Source: an uncultured bacterium
GTDB taxonomy: Bacteria > Patescibacteriota > Patescibacteriia > UBA1558 > GWA2-36-10
Assembly (NCBI GenBank): GCA_903855135.1
Contig: CAINYB010000006.1
Span: forward strand, 29,631-93,630
Direction of reading: 5' to 3'
DNA length: 64,000 nucleotides
Under the pieces are notes generated by a model. It had not been told where the DNA came from and did not search any database. It saw only the letters and a list, made by a program, of their open reading frames with translations. Positions 46,744 to 56,960 of the stretch are shown piece by piece (the first letter of the stretch is position 1; the number at the start of each line of letters is the position of its first letter). A program made the translations under genes and the position numbers.

Positions 46744-48219
46744 CTAATAAGCCTTAGCAAATAAAACTCTTTGCTCTGATGCTTTACCACTATAAACACA
46801 TTTGCCATTCTCTTTTTTTTGATCAAAAGGTAAACATCTAATAGTTGCTCCCGTTTCTTTCTTAATCTTTGCTTCAACACTAGCCTCTCCTGACCAATGA
46901 GCTAAAACAAATTTTTCACTCTCTATAGCTTTCTTAAAATCTTCCCAATTATTTACAATTTTAGTATTTTTTATCCTGTTTTGTTCGGATTTTTTTGATA
47001 GCTCATTTTGCATGTCTTCTAGTGTATCCTTAATGACTTTAGCTAAATTGTCAATATTGACTAAAATTTTATCTTTTGTATCTCTACGAGCCAAAACAAC
47101 AGAACCTTTTTCTAGCTCTTTTGCGCCAAGCTCCAATCTAATAGGCACGCCTTTTTTCTCCCAAATATTAAATTTCATGCCCATTGATAAATTATCCCTA
47201 TCATCAACCTCTAAATGATCTTTTAATTTTAAAATATCCTTGATTTTTTTCACCATTTTTAAAACATTCTGATCAGTATCTGAACCATTTAAAATTGGGA
47301 TCAGCACGACTTTAATAGGAGCAATATTTGGTGGTAAAACTAAGCCACTATCATCACTGTGCGTCATGATCAAACCACCGATAATACGTGTACTCATACC
47401 CCAGCTAGTTTGCCAAACATATTGTTTTTTGTTTTCTTTATCTAAAAACTGAATATCAAAAGCTTTAGCAAAATTTTGGCCAAGATTATGAGAAGTAGCT
47501 GACTGTAAAGCCTTACCATCTTGCATCATAGCTTCGATAGTATAAGTATGCTTGGCTCCAGCAAATTTTTCACTTTCTGATTTTTTACCAGCCACTACAC
47601 TCATAGCTAGATAATCACGCACAAAATCATTATAAACACCTAGCATTTTTTCTGCTTCTTGCTCTGCTTCTATTTCAGTAGCGTGTGCAGTATGTCCTTC
47701 TTGCCATAAAAATTCCGAAGTTCTTAAAAAAGGACGAGTACGCATTTCCCAACGTAAAACATTTGCCCATTGGTTAATCAAAACCGGTAAATCACGCCAG
47801 GAATTAATCCATTGAGAAAAACTGTGATTAATGATAGTTTCTGAAGTTGGACGAATAATCAGTTCTTCTTCTAGTTTAGCTTCTGGATCAACTACTATTT
47901 CTCCTTTATTATTATTTTTTAAACGATAATGCGTAACAACCGCGCACTCTTTAGCAAAACCATCGACATGAGAAGCTTCTTTATTAAAAAAAGATTTAGG
48001 AATCAATAAAGGAAAATAAGCATTTTTATGGCCAGTCTCCTTAATTTTTGCATTCAAAATACTTTGAATATTTTCCCAAATAGCATAGCCATAAGGCTTG
48101 ATAACCATCGTGCCCTTCACTGGGCCATATTCAGCTAAATCAGCAGCTTCAATAACATCTAAATACCACTGGGAATAATCATCTTTCCTGGTGCTAATTT
48201 TATTATTTTTTACACTCAT
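46744..48219 (-). CDS. proS: Prolyl-tRNA synthetase (eukaryote/archaeal-like type)
   Basis: RPTSET, NQWANV.RWE.RTR.FLRT.EFLWQEGHT, SWG.STR, LFAKAY C-terminus; likely start ATG 48219. Confidence 0.97.
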   Translation of the reverse strand: MSVKNNKISTRKDDYSQWYLDVIEAADLAEYGPVKGTMVIKPYGYAIWENIQSILNAKIKETGHKNAYFPLLIPKSFFNKEASHVDGFAKECAVVTHYRLKNNNKGEIVVDPEAKLEEELIIRPTSETIINHSFSQWINSWRDLPVLINQWANVLRWEMRTRPFLRTSEFLWQEGHTAHATEIEAEQEAEKMLGVYNDFVRDYLAMSVVAGKKSESEKFAGAKHTYTIEAMMQDGKALQSATSHNLGQNFAKAFDIQFLDKENKKQYVWQTSWGMSTRIIGGLIMTHSDDSGLVLPPNIAPIKVVLIPILNGSDTDQNVLKMVKKIKDILKLKDHLEVDDRDNLSMGMKFNIWEKKGVPIRLELGAKELEKGSVVLARRDTKDKILVNIDNLAKVIKDTLEDMQNELSKKSEQNRIKNTKIVNNWEDFKKAIESEKFVLAHWSGEASVEAKIKKETGATIRCLPFDQKKENGKCVYSGKASEQRVLFAKAY

Positions 48220-48247
48220 AAATTTATAAAACAATATCTACTTAGCT

Positions 48248-48267
48248 TTCCCCGCGTCCGCGGGGAA
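48248..48267. repeat. REP-like hairpin TTCCCCGCGTCCGCGGGGAA
   Basis: One-mismatch variant of the 783/50320 core. Confidence 0.8.
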
Positions 48268-48289
48268 TAACTCTAGAATACGTTTTTTA

Positions 48290-48574
48290 TTATTTATTTA
48301 AAATATTTTTTATGCGCTCGACTTCTTGCTCTAAAACCTCACCATCATAATCTCCACTATGAGCAGTAGTGCCCGCGTAGCAAGCATTTTTTTGATCAAG
48401 GTGCAGATTGAGTTCTAAACCATCACTCAAAGTTTTAAAATAAATATGGAATCTGGGAAAATTATTTCTCCCTAAACGACGAATAAAAGCTTCTGGTTTA
48501 TGATCCGGGTGATAGCCCAAACTTCTAAAAAACTGAAGTGGATTAACGGCTTTTTGTTTTAAAATAAATTTCAT
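48290..48574 (-). CDS. Conserved hypothetical protein
   Basis: GY...FPRFHIY...LHLDQK...HSGDYDG; in operon. Confidence 0.75.
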   Translation of the reverse strand: MKFILKQKAVNPLQFFRSLGYHPDHKPEAFIRRLGRNNFPRFHIYFKTLSDGLELNLHLDQKNACYAGTTAHSGDYDGEVLEQEVERIKNILNK

Positions 48575-48578
48575 CTTT

Positions 48579-49682
48579 TTAAAAAATATTTTTTACACCT
48601 TGCCACATTTGCGCACCATATTTCACAAAATCATGCCAAGTGATAACTAAAATCAAAAGCATCAATAAAACAAAAAAACTGTTATGCAGAATAGCTTCAA
48701 ATTTTTCCCCCATTTTTTTACCACGGACTTTTTCTAAAAGTACAAAAAATAAACGTCCGCCATCTAAAGCTGGAATCGGCAAAATATTTAAAACTGCTAA
48801 ATTCAAAGACAAAATAGCCGCAAAATTCAAAATATAGACAAAACCAAGTTTAGCAACTTGGCCACTCATCACAGCCACACCAATTGGTCCAGATAAGTCT
48901 GGTGACAAATGTCCAGTGCTAAATAAATCTTTTAGTAAATTACCAAAGGCTGCCAAAATAAGCCAAGTCATTAAAGATGCGCTCTTTAGACCTTGCCATA
49001 AGGCTGTCCAAAAACCATAATGCACAATGCCAGTATCTAGCATAGCAATACCTAAAATTGGTTCTTGATTTTCAGCAAAAATCTCTGGCTTGGTTTTAAT
49101 ATCTAAGGTATCTTTACCACGCAAAACATTTAAATTAAACTCCTGTTGGTTATGCTCCTGGATATAAGTATAAAGAAATTCTGAATCAGCAATACTTTGC
49201 CCATCGATACTGATAATTTTATCACCTAATTTTAAGCCCGCCTTATCTGCTGGACTACTGACCAATACTTCAGCCACCACAACATTGCGTTCAGTGATAT
49301 TATCTGTCGGTGTATTTTTATCGATCGCTTGTGGTAAGCCCACAAAAAAACCAATACTTAAAAAAACAAAGCCTAAAATAAAATTCATGATCACACCGGC
49401 TGATAAAATCAAAGATTTTTTCCAAGCTTTTTGATTGACAAAACTTTTCGGATCTTCTACTTCATCACCATTTTCACCTTTGATTTTGACAAAACCTCCT
49501 AAAGGCAAAAGATTAATAGAATAAACAATGCCCTTACGCTTAAAACTAAAAATCTTTGGTGGAAAACCAATACCAAATTCTTCTACACCAACACCGAGTT
49601 TAATAGCTGTGACAAAATGGCCTAGCTCATGAGCTAGCACCAAAACGCCTAAGATTAAAACAAAAGAAATTATACTCAACAT
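48579..49682 (-). CDS. rseP: RIP metalloprotease RseP (M50 plus PDZ)
   Basis: HELGH, LGGFVKI, AGVIMN, PDZ SPA..AGL..GD, NILPIPALDGG. Confidence 0.95.
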   Translation of the reverse strand: MLSIISFVLILGVLVLAHELGHFVTAIKLGVGVEEFGIGFPPKIFSFKRKGIVYSINLLPLGGFVKIKGENGDEVEDPKSFVNQKAWKKSLILSAGVIMNFILGFVFLSIGFFVGLPQAIDKNTPTDNITERNVVVAEVLVSSPADKAGLKLGDKIISIDGQSIADSEFLYTYIQEHNQQEFNLNVLRGKDTLDIKTKPEIFAENQEPILGIAMLDTGIVHYGFWTALWQGLKSASLMTWLILAAFGNLLKDLFSTGHLSPDLSGPIGVAVMSGQVAKLGFVYILNFAAILSLNLAVLNILPIPALDGGRLFFVLLEKVRGKKMGEKFEAILHNSFFVLLMLLILVITWHDFVKYGAQMWQGVKNIF

Positions 49683-49684
49683 AT

Positions 49685-50239
49685 TTATATTTTCATTATT
49701 TCCGCCTCTTTTTGATCAGCGATCTCTTTGACTTTATCACCATATTGTTTAGTTAATTCATCCAGCTCTTTTAAGGCTTGAAATCTTTCATCTTCAGCAA
49801 TTTCTTTGTTGCGCTCTGCTGCAAGTATCGTATCTTTGATTTTTTCTCGCTGGCCGCGCAAAGCTACTTTTGCTTCTTCAGCTTTTTTGCCTAAAATTTT
49901 CACTAAATTTTTACGACTTTCTTCAGTGAGTGGAGGAAAATTCAAACGCACAAATTCACTATCCACTACCGGATTGATATTTAAATCAGCTGCACGAATA
50001 GCACGCTCAATATCTTTTAAAATACCTTTATCCCATGGCTTGATCACTATGGTATGTGGATCAGAGGAAGAAATAGAAGCCAAAGTAAGAAGCTCTGACA
50101 CTGTACCATAAGACTCGACTTTGACATTTTCCACAATGCTTGGCGAAACACGACCAGTTCGCAAAGAAGAAATATCATTTTTAAAAAACTCAATAGTTTT
50201 TTCAAAATGATGACGATTTGTATCTAATAAATGATGCAT
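49685..50239 (-). CDS. frr: Ribosome recycling factor
   Basis: LRTGR, PWD, PPLTEE.R..L. Confidence 0.97.
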   Translation of the reverse strand: MHHLLDTNRHHFEKTIEFFKNDISSLRTGRVSPSIVENVKVESYGTVSELLTLASISSSDPHTIVIKPWDKGILKDIERAIRAADLNINPVVDSEFVRLNFPPLTEESRKNLVKILGKKAEEAKVALRGQREKIKDTILAAERNKEIAEDERFQALKELDELTKQYGDKVKEIADQKEAEIMKI

Positions 50240-50258
50240 ATAGTTATTTTATTAACTT

Positions 50259-50340
50259 TTCCCCGCCTACAGCGGAGAATATTTAATTATCTTGTTACTA
50301 AGTCCACTTTTGACCTCTGGTCCCCGCGTACGCGGGGAAG
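50259..50340. repeat. Two REP-like hairpins (one degenerate at 50259-50279, one perfect at 50320-50340)
   Basis: TTCCCCGC-CTACA-GCGGAGAA and GTCCCCGCGTACGCGGGGAAG. Confidence 0.75.
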
Positions 50341-50365
50341 GCGGGGGCAATATCAACTTAAAGCT

Positions 50366-51532
50366 TTATTGCTCTATAACGTAAGTGCCTAAATATAAAT
50401 ATTTACTATTTGGTGAAAACTCTAGCTCTTTGGCAATTTTAGTAGTGGGCAAAGCTTTATTTTGCCAATTCGCTCCTCCATCTTTAGTAAAGTAAAAAGC
50501 ATTATTGGTACCATAGTAAATCTCTTGACCATTCAAAGGATTAACAGTCACTGAATAAATAGAGGCCTTATTTTTGCTAGTCAAAAGCTTATATTGCTCC
50601 CAATGGTCGCCAGTAAACCTAAAAATACCAATTTTATTCGCATAAAGCAAGTTGTCTTTGGTGGTCAAATCTACTGTCACATCAGACAAAATTTTCACGC
50701 CACTAACTTTTGACATCAATTTTTTATCATCAGTAATTACCGCCCTGGTAAAAGTTTTATCATTTTCCGTCACATTTTCTAATTGATAAAGTGGCAAAGG
50801 CATAACATCTTCCCAATTTGCTCCAGCATCCATGCTACGCCAGACACCCTGGCTTTCTAAAGCGACATACATGATATTACTATCACTGTGATTCATGATT
50901 AAAATTTCACTAATTTTACTATCAAAACGATGATAAACAGACCAAGACAATCCTTTGTCAACACTACGCAATAAAGCACCTTCTTTAGTGCCGGCAAAAA
51001 TAATCTCTGGATTTTGATAATTGATAGCCAAACTAGAAATATATTGGCCAGCTCGTGGCTCAAAATATAAATCAGTCCAAGTACGAGCGCAATCTTCACT
51101 CTTTAAAATTTTATTATGAATCGCGGCATAAAGCTGACATTTATCTTTCGGATGAACAAATAAATCATTGACTGTGCCGCTATATGGCAAAGTATTTTCC
51201 CAGGAAGCGCCATAATTATAAGTATAATAAATACCACTGTCAGTCGTGCCGAGATAAATCGCTTTTTCATCTTGCGGATCTAGGGCGATCTTAGTGATGT
51301 TATTGGTAAAAGTTTTGGTAGCGGCTTCAACGTTAGCGATTTTATTTTTAGCTCCCCAAGTCTGACCAAAGTCAGTGCTGATAAAAAAGGCACTAGCTGA
51401 AGTAGCGTTGCTAGTATTACTACTCTTGACACTGATACAAGCCGATAAAAATAAAGGCAAGCATAACAAGCTTAAATAAAAAATTAAATATTTTCCGTTA
51501 GGTCTTGAGCTCGCCGAAAGATGTTTTGTCAT
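50366..51532 (-). CDS. BNR/Asp-box beta-propeller lipoprotein
   Basis: Lipobox LSAC; repeated SxDxGxTW boxes; start ATG 51532 overlaps the holB stop (ATGA). Confidence 0.85.
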   Translation of the reverse strand: MTKHLSASSRPNGKYLIFYLSLLCLPLFLSACISVKSSNTSNATSASAFFISTDFGQTWGAKNKIANVEAATKTFTNNITKIALDPQDEKAIYLGTTDSGIYYTYNYGASWENTLPYSGTVNDLFVHPKDKCQLYAAIHNKILKSEDCARTWTDLYFEPRAGQYISSLAINYQNPEIIFAGTKEGALLRSVDKGLSWSVYHRFDSKISEILIMNHSDSNIMYVALESQGVWRSMDAGANWEDVMPLPLYQLENVTENDKTFTRAVITDDKKLMSKVSGVKILSDVTVDLTTKDNLLYANKIGIFRFTGDHWEQYKLLTSKNKASIYSVTVNPLNGQEIYYGTNNAFYFTKDGGANWQNKALPTTKIAKELEFSPNSKYLYLGTYVIEQ

Positions 51533-52548
51533 ATTTTTAAATCTAAAAGTAAATTTTCCCAAACTAATTGTGGCGTCACATTATTTTTTAATTGACGACG
51601 AATTTTATTGATGCTTAATAAATTATTTAAAATTTTTGTCACACTATATTTTTGGCTAATTTTCGCAATATTTTCTGAAAATAAAACATTTAATGCCGGC
51701 CGATTTAATTTGTGCCACAAAATATCTCTGAGTAATAATTGCCACAAGTCTAAATAATGCGTAGTGATGTGAGCTAATTCATAAACTTTAGCTTGAGGAT
51801 TTTCTTTTTTTAAAATCCCAAACCAATGTTCTAAATCTTGCCAAGCTACAAAAGTATTATCATTTAAAATCTTTAATAAAAACTGACAATCTTTTTTAAA
51901 ATTTACTAAATTATCTTCGATATATTCTAGTGCTAAACCAGGCTTTCCAAAAGATAAATTCAAAATTGTTTGCTGATCAACTTCAGCTAAGCTAAAAGTC
52001 TCCAGCCAGGCAGACATATCTTTTTTATTCAAAGGCTGAAATTTTAAGAGCTGACAACGGGAAATCACAGTCGCTGGTAGATTATTGATTTGATCAGCGA
52101 TCAAAATAATGGTCGTGTTTTTTGGTGGTTCTTCAATGACTTTGAGTAAAGCATTTAAAGAAAAAATGTTTAGCTTATCAACAGCGTAAATAATCGCTAA
52201 TTTGTAACCACCATCAAAGCTAGTCAAAGATAAATTACTCAAAAAATTTCTCACTTGCTCAACTTGGGTGTCTTCAGTATCATCTTTGGTTTTTAAAGCT
52301 GACAAATAAAGAAAATTTTGCTGCAAACCCTTGTTCATCTTGAGACAAGCTAGACAGTTTTGGCAAGGCTTTAAATCATCAGTACAAAATAGACTTTGCA
52401 CAAAATATTTGGCAATCATTTTTTTACCTAAGCCTTTGGCACCATAAAACAAATAAGCATTAGCTAAATTACCTTGTTTTAAGGTATTTTGTAAAAAACT
52501 TATTTGCTTATTATGGCCAAAAATAGGCCAGGAAAAATTGACTGACAT
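51529..52548 (-). CDS. holB: DNA polymerase III subunit delta'
   Basis: AYLFYG..GLGK, C..C..C, NALLKVIEEPP, LPATVISRCQ. Confidence 0.92.
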   Translation of the reverse strand: MSVNFSWPIFGHNKQISFLQNTLKQGNLANAYLFYGAKGLGKKMIAKYFVQSLFCTDDLKPCQNCLACLKMNKGLQQNFLYLSALKTKDDTEDTQVEQVRNFLSNLSLTSFDGGYKLAIIYAVDKLNIFSLNALLKVIEEPPKNTTIILIADQINNLPATVISRCQLLKFQPLNKKDMSAWLETFSLAEVDQQTILNLSFGKPGLALEYIEDNLVNFKKDCQFLLKILNDNTFVAWQDLEHWFGILKKENPQAKVYELAHITTHYLDLWQLLLRDILWHKLNRPALNVLFSENIAKISQKYSVTKILNNLLSINKIRRQLKNNVTPQLVWENLLLDLKI

Positions 52549-52590
52549 TGACTAAAATATAACATTTTCAGAACTAAAAATCAACCAGCT

Positions 52591-52989
52591 CTAACGGCTA
52601 TCTAAAGCTAAATTTACTAGTCTATCTGCTTCTTTGTTAAACTCACGTCGGACATGATTAAAGCTAATACTTTCAAACTCTTGGGCTAAATTCCAGACTT
52701 TGACAAATAGTTTAGCTAAATCAGCATCTTTGACGCGATATTCTTTTTTTAGTTGTTTGACTACTAGCTCGCTATCTAAAAAACATTGCACATTAGTTAT
52801 TTTATGTTTTTTGGCTAATTCTAAACCAGTCAATAAAGCATTGTATTCTGCCTGATTATTTGTGCCTTGACCTAAATATTTAGAAAAATTAGCAATTTCT
52901 TTATCATTTTCATACAAAACTCCGCCAATCGCTGCTGGACCAGGATTGCCACGCGATCCTCCATCGGTAAATAATTTAAATTGTGTCAT
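52591..52989 (-). CDS. rnhA: Ribonuclease HI
   Basis: FTDGGSRGNPG, TNNQAEY, DSELVVKQ, HVRREFNKEAD. Confidence 0.95.
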   Translation of the reverse strand: MTQFKLFTDGGSRGNPGPAAIGGVLYENDKEIANFSKYLGQGTNNQAEYNALLTGLELAKKHKITNVQCFLDSELVVKQLKKEYRVKDADLAKLFVKVWNLAQEFESISFNHVRREFNKEADRLVNLALDSR

Positions 52990-54683
52990 GATGATATTTT
53001 TAAATCTCTAATAATTAATTGAATTTGGCGCGTGCCATTCCATTGATTGATATTTAAATTATAAACAATATCTATTCTTTGGCCAAGACCAATTTCTATT
53101 TTACCCAAAGAAAAAGCAATCGCGCCTAATTTTTTATTTTGTTTGACTAACTCTAATTTCCAATGATTTTGATCTTTACCAACTTTTTTAGCTCCAGTTA
53201 CTAATACGCCATAATCAACAAATAATGGCTCTGAATTTGCTTGTCCATATGGCTGAAATTTATCCAAAGTATCGACTAAATCCCAATTTATCGCCAGCAA
53301 ATCTAGCTCTAATTCAACTTTCAATACTGGCTCTAGCTCTTCATCTTTGATATGTGCATTAGCCAAAGTCTGCATATTGGCCTGGAAGCTGGCTAAGTTT
53401 TCTTTTTTTAAAGAAAAGCCACAAGCTTGCGGATGTCCACCAAAACGTAACAATAAATCAGCATTTTTCTGCAAAGCTTCAGTGATATGAAAGCCTTCAA
53501 TACTGCGTCCAGAGCCGACAACAGTATCTTCATCAATGTTAGTCAACAAAATAGCTGGTCGATTAAATTCTTTGACTAATTTTGAAGCTACCAAGCCGGT
53601 CAAACCAGCTGGCCAATCTGTTTTATAAAAAAATAATAATTTATCTTTTAAATCTGGCGCTTGATTTTTTGCTTCTTTAAAAACATTTTCGGTAATTTTT
53701 TGTCTTTGGGTATTAGCTTGATTTAATTCTTCAGCCCAAGCTAAAGCTTTTACTTCATCTTGAGTGTTTAATAAATGATAAGCTAAATTAGCATGATCCA
53801 TGCGACCAGCCGCATTGATGCGTGGCGCAAAAGCAAAGCTAATCATGGTTGTGTCTAGCTTACTGATATCTATCGCCGAGGCGAAAATCATTTTTTGTAA
53901 ACCCAAACGTTGAGTTTTTTTCAAGACAATCAAACCATATTTCACTAAAGTTCTGTTTTCGCCTGTCAAAGGCACCATATCAGCCACGGTAGCGATGGCA
54001 ACTAAATCTAGCAACCATTTTTCTTGGCGTTCAGCTTCCGCTTTCTCTAGCTGACAATTTTTGTGTCTTAATAAAGCCTGAACTAGCTTAAAAGCTACTC
54101 CGCCACCACAAAGAAACTTAAAAGGATAAGTCTCACCTTCAACTTGAGGATGGATAATAGCCAAAGCTTTGGGTAAATTAGCGGGAATCGCATGATGATC
54201 AGTGATGATAACTTGTAGGCCCAAAGAGTTAGCTAACTCTATTTCTTCAGCATTGCTAATACCACAATCACAAGTGATCAATAATTTGGTATTTGTTTTG
54301 GCTAATTCTTCGACAGCTAATTTATTTAAACCATAGCCTTCTTTTTCGCGATGCGGCAGATAAACCTCTACTTTAGCACCTAGACGCTCCAAAACTGTAG
54401 TCAAAATCACAGCTGCTGGCACACCATCAGCATCATAATCACCAAAAACAGTAATCAAGTCTTGGTTTTTAATAGCTTGAAAAACAGCTTCACAAGCTTT
54501 ATTCATATCTTTAAATAAATACGGGTCATGAATGTCTTGTGAATAGTCTGGAGACAAAAACTGATCAATTTCTGCCTGAGTTTGCAAACCACGATTAAAT
54601 AACAAAGTCGCCATAATTGGTGACAATTCTGGAAACTTATTCAAAAACTCACTGTTTACTGGTGGGGATACTTGCCAACGCAT
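52986..54683 (-). CDS. recJ: ssDNA exonuclease RecJ
   Basis: GDYDADG, TCDCG, TDHH, PRINAAGR, GSGRS, FGGH. Confidence 0.97.
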   Translation of the reverse strand: MRWQVSPPVNSEFLNKFPELSPIMATLLFNRGLQTQAEIDQFLSPDYSQDIHDPYLFKDMNKACEAVFQAIKNQDLITVFGDYDADGVPAAVILTTVLERLGAKVEVYLPHREKEGYGLNKLAVEELAKTNTKLLITCDCGISNAEEIELANSLGLQVIITDHHAIPANLPKALAIIHPQVEGETYPFKFLCGGGVAFKLVQALLRHKNCQLEKAEAERQEKWLLDLVAIATVADMVPLTGENRTLVKYGLIVLKKTQRLGLQKMIFASAIDISKLDTTMISFAFAPRINAAGRMDHANLAYHLLNTQDEVKALAWAEELNQANTQRQKITENVFKEAKNQAPDLKDKLLFFYKTDWPAGLTGLVASKLVKEFNRPAILLTNIDEDTVVGSGRSIEGFHITEALQKNADLLLRFGGHPQACGFSLKKENLASFQANMQTLANAHIKDEELEPVLKVELELDLLAINWDLVDTLDKFQPYGQANSEPLFVDYGVLVTGAKKVGKDQNHWKLELVKQNKKLGAIAFSLGKIEIGLGQRIDIVYNLNINQWNGTRQIQLIIRDLKISS

Positions 54684-54736
54684 AAAAAAATAAAAGCCTT
54701 AACGGCCTTTATTGTATCAATATTTTGTAAAATTGG

Positions 54737-55099
54737 CTACTTGACTTTTTTGACAGGAACTTTCAAAACTTTATGCACTTTTTTCTCAGCTTTTTGCACA
54801 GCTGGCTCAATGATTTTTTTCTTCACTTCTCTTATTTCTTCGCGAGCTAAATCTATCCGCTTTATTTTCAGCTCTAGATATAAAAACCATAAAGCAAATA
54901 AAATCAAAAATAAACCACAGACTACTAACCAAAAATAAATATTAGAAAAATTAAAAAAAGACATTGGTTCTGCTGGAGCTTGTAAATTTTGATATTCGGT
55001 TTTGATCATATTTAAACGCTGATTCAGCTCTTGAAACTTTTGTTCTGAATCATTCAAATTATTTAATATTTCGTTTTGTGCTAAAATAATCCCTCGCAT
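54737..55099 (-). CDS. Hypothetical single-TM coiled-coil protein
   Basis: In operon; central TM helix. Confidence 0.6.
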   Translation of the reverse strand: MRGIILAQNEILNNLNDSEQKFQELNQRLNMIKTEYQNLQAPAEPMSFFNFSNIYFWLVVCGLFLILFALWFLYLELKIKRIDLAREEIREVKKKIIEPAVQKAEKKVHKVLKVPVKKVK

Positions 55100-55644
55100 A
55101 TATCACCATTTTTAAGGCCGGCAGCATTAGCCTCATCAGTATCTAAGTGCAAACGTGTCTGGCCGTCACTCACTCTTACTATAATACTCTTAAAAATTAA
55201 TTCTCTTTCACCTTTGACTGCTAGAGAAACTTTTTGATTATTTTTTAATTGCCATTTTTTAGCGTCTTGAACTGCTAAATGCAAATGTCTCTTGGCTACT
55301 ATGACTCCTGTTTTTAATTTTACTTTTCCTTTTGGTCCAACTAAAGTGAGGCCACTAGAATTTTTTATGTCGCCAGATAATTTTAAAACTGGTTTAATAT
55401 CTAAAAATTTACAATCCGTCATGGATAACTCTACTTGCGTATCCGGACGTGTCGGACCAATGACACGCACTGTCAAAGATTTACTTTTATTTACTAAAGT
55501 GACAGTTTCTTGAGCAGCATAGTGTCCTGTTTGTGATAAAGCTGATTTTTTACGCAAAGTATAATTTTTGCCAAACAAAATTTCTAAATCTTTTTGACAA
55601 AGATGTATGTGGCGAGCAGAAACTTCAGCAATAATTTTTTTCAT
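55081..55644 (-). CDS. pduL: Phosphate propanoyltransferase/phosphotransacylase PduL
   Basis: VSARHIHL, LSQTG.YA, R.DTQVELS.TD, GVIVAKRHLH, HLDTDEANA. Confidence 0.93.
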   Translation of the reverse strand: MKKIIAEVSARHIHLCQKDLEILFGKNYTLRKKSALSQTGHYAAQETVTLVNKSKSLTVRVIGPTRPDTQVELSMTDCKFLDIKPVLKLSGDIKNSSGLTLVGPKGKVKLKTGVIVAKRHLHLAVQDAKKWQLKNNQKVSLAVKGERELIFKSIIVRVSDGQTRLHLDTDEANAAGLKNGDICEGLF

Positions 55645-55649
55645 ACTTT

Positions 55650-55719
55650 TGTCATTCTGAATTCATTTCAGAATCTTTTATATTAAATCACCAGACCCTG
55701 AAAAAATTTCAGGGTGACA
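55650..55719. repeat. REPIN-like inverted doublet (GTCAYYCTGAA...TTCAGRRTCT family)
   Basis: GTCATTCTGAATTCATTTCAGAATCT and inverted copy GTCACCCTGAAATTTTTTCAGGGTCT, 16-nt spacer. Confidence 0.8.
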
Positions 55720-55724
55720 TAAAA

Positions 55725-56717
55725 TTACAAATTATGTTTTTTCAAATCTGCGACTGTCAAAATACCAACTTGTGCACCAACTTTCATAATCACCGAATTA
55801 CTATTCCAAATACCTAAACGCAAAGCTTTTTCCACGTCGCCATTGTATCGAATCAAGCCGGTCACAAAAGCTGAACCAAAAGCATCGCCCGCCCCAGTAG
55901 TGTTTAAGCCTTTACGTTTTAAAGCTGGATGAAAATATACTTTTTTACCATCATAGACATAGGCACCTTTGGGTCCATCAGTAATAACGGTTAATTTTTG
56001 TCCAAATTTGTGCAGCTCTTTTAACAAAACATTAATATTATTTTTAAAGTCTTTACCCTTAATTTTGATGACCAGCTCTAAAGCTTCATCGCGGTTCACA
56101 TCAAAAACATAAGTATCTTGCATAAAACGATGTAAACGCGTCAAACCTAAGCGTAGCTGATCAGCGCCTGGGTTCCAAGCAATTTTTATCTTACGATGTC
56201 TGACTTGTTCAAAAATATTGGCTAATTTTGGGAAAAAATTGGCTGATAAACGAGTTAAATAAATCCAAGGAGTTTTTATCTTTCTGACTGTTGTTGGGCT
56301 CAAATCAATATCTTCATACGCTCCCCGACAAGAAAAAATCACATGCTCATTAAAAGAGCCAACGTTGACAATAAAAGAATTATCAGTAATTTTTTTAGAA
56401 TTTCTTTGAATTAAATGAGTGTCAACTTTTTTTTCTTTTAGATTATCTAAAACAGCTTGCCCGATAGCGTCAGTACCTAACGAAGAAATTAATTGTACTT
56501 TCAAACCTAAAGAAGCAAAGTTAACCGCCGCATTAGCACCACCACCACCGAAAGTAGTAGTGACATTTTGGCTAGAAATTTTAGCACCATATTCAAAACC
56601 AATTAATTTTTGTTGCAACAAATCTTTTTTATTATCCACCAAAATCATTTGATCAGTATAAAACATGGTGTCCGTCGTCGAACTACCAATTGTTGTGATA
56701 ATATTATTACCTAACAT
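55725..56717 (-). CDS. PfkB family carbohydrate kinase
   Basis: GGGGANAA, NRDEA, ITDG.KGA, TTGAGDAFGS. Confidence 0.93.
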   Translation of the reverse strand: MLGNNIITTIGSSTTDTMFYTDQMILVDNKKDLLQQKLIGFEYGAKISSQNVTTTFGGGGANAAVNFASLGLKVQLISSLGTDAIGQAVLDNLKEKKVDTHLIQRNSKKITDNSFIVNVGSFNEHVIFSCRGAYEDIDLSPTTVRKIKTPWIYLTRLSANFFPKLANIFEQVRHRKIKIAWNPGADQLRLGLTRLHRFMQDTYVFDVNRDEALELVIKIKGKDFKNNINVLLKELHKFGQKLTVITDGPKGAYVYDGKKVYFHPALKRKGLNTTGAGDAFGSAFVTGLIRYNGDVEKALRLGIWNSNSVIMKVGAQVGILTVADLKKHNL

Positions 56718-56723
56718 AAAAAA

Positions 56724-56951
56724 TTATAAATAACGATGCCAGTCTTGAAATTTACTGACCATCACTTTTAATAAATATAAATAAATACCAGACATGCCAG
56801 CGATAAAAAATAAGCGCACACTAAAACTAATAGGAAAATCATTCAAACTTTCTAAGATTGAAATAAAAGTCATGATACTAATGACCATGATAATCAAAAA
56901 TAAAATCAGCAAAATAGTAAAAATAATTTCTATCGCTTGATTGATTTGCAT
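56724..56951 (-). CDS. Small two-TM membrane protein
   Basis: Tight operon spacing; two hydrophobic helices. Confidence 0.6.
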   Translation of the reverse strand: MQINQAIEIIFTILLILFLIIMVISIMTFISILESLNDFPISFSVRLFFIAGMSGIYLYLLKVMVSKFQDWHRYL

Positions 56952-56960
56952 ACAAGAAAA

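Noticed and set aside
51529-51531. Alternative genetic code 25 (TGA=Gly)
   Set aside because: TGA terminates holB, recJ and mreC at ATGA overlaps, and conserved genes are full length in code 11.
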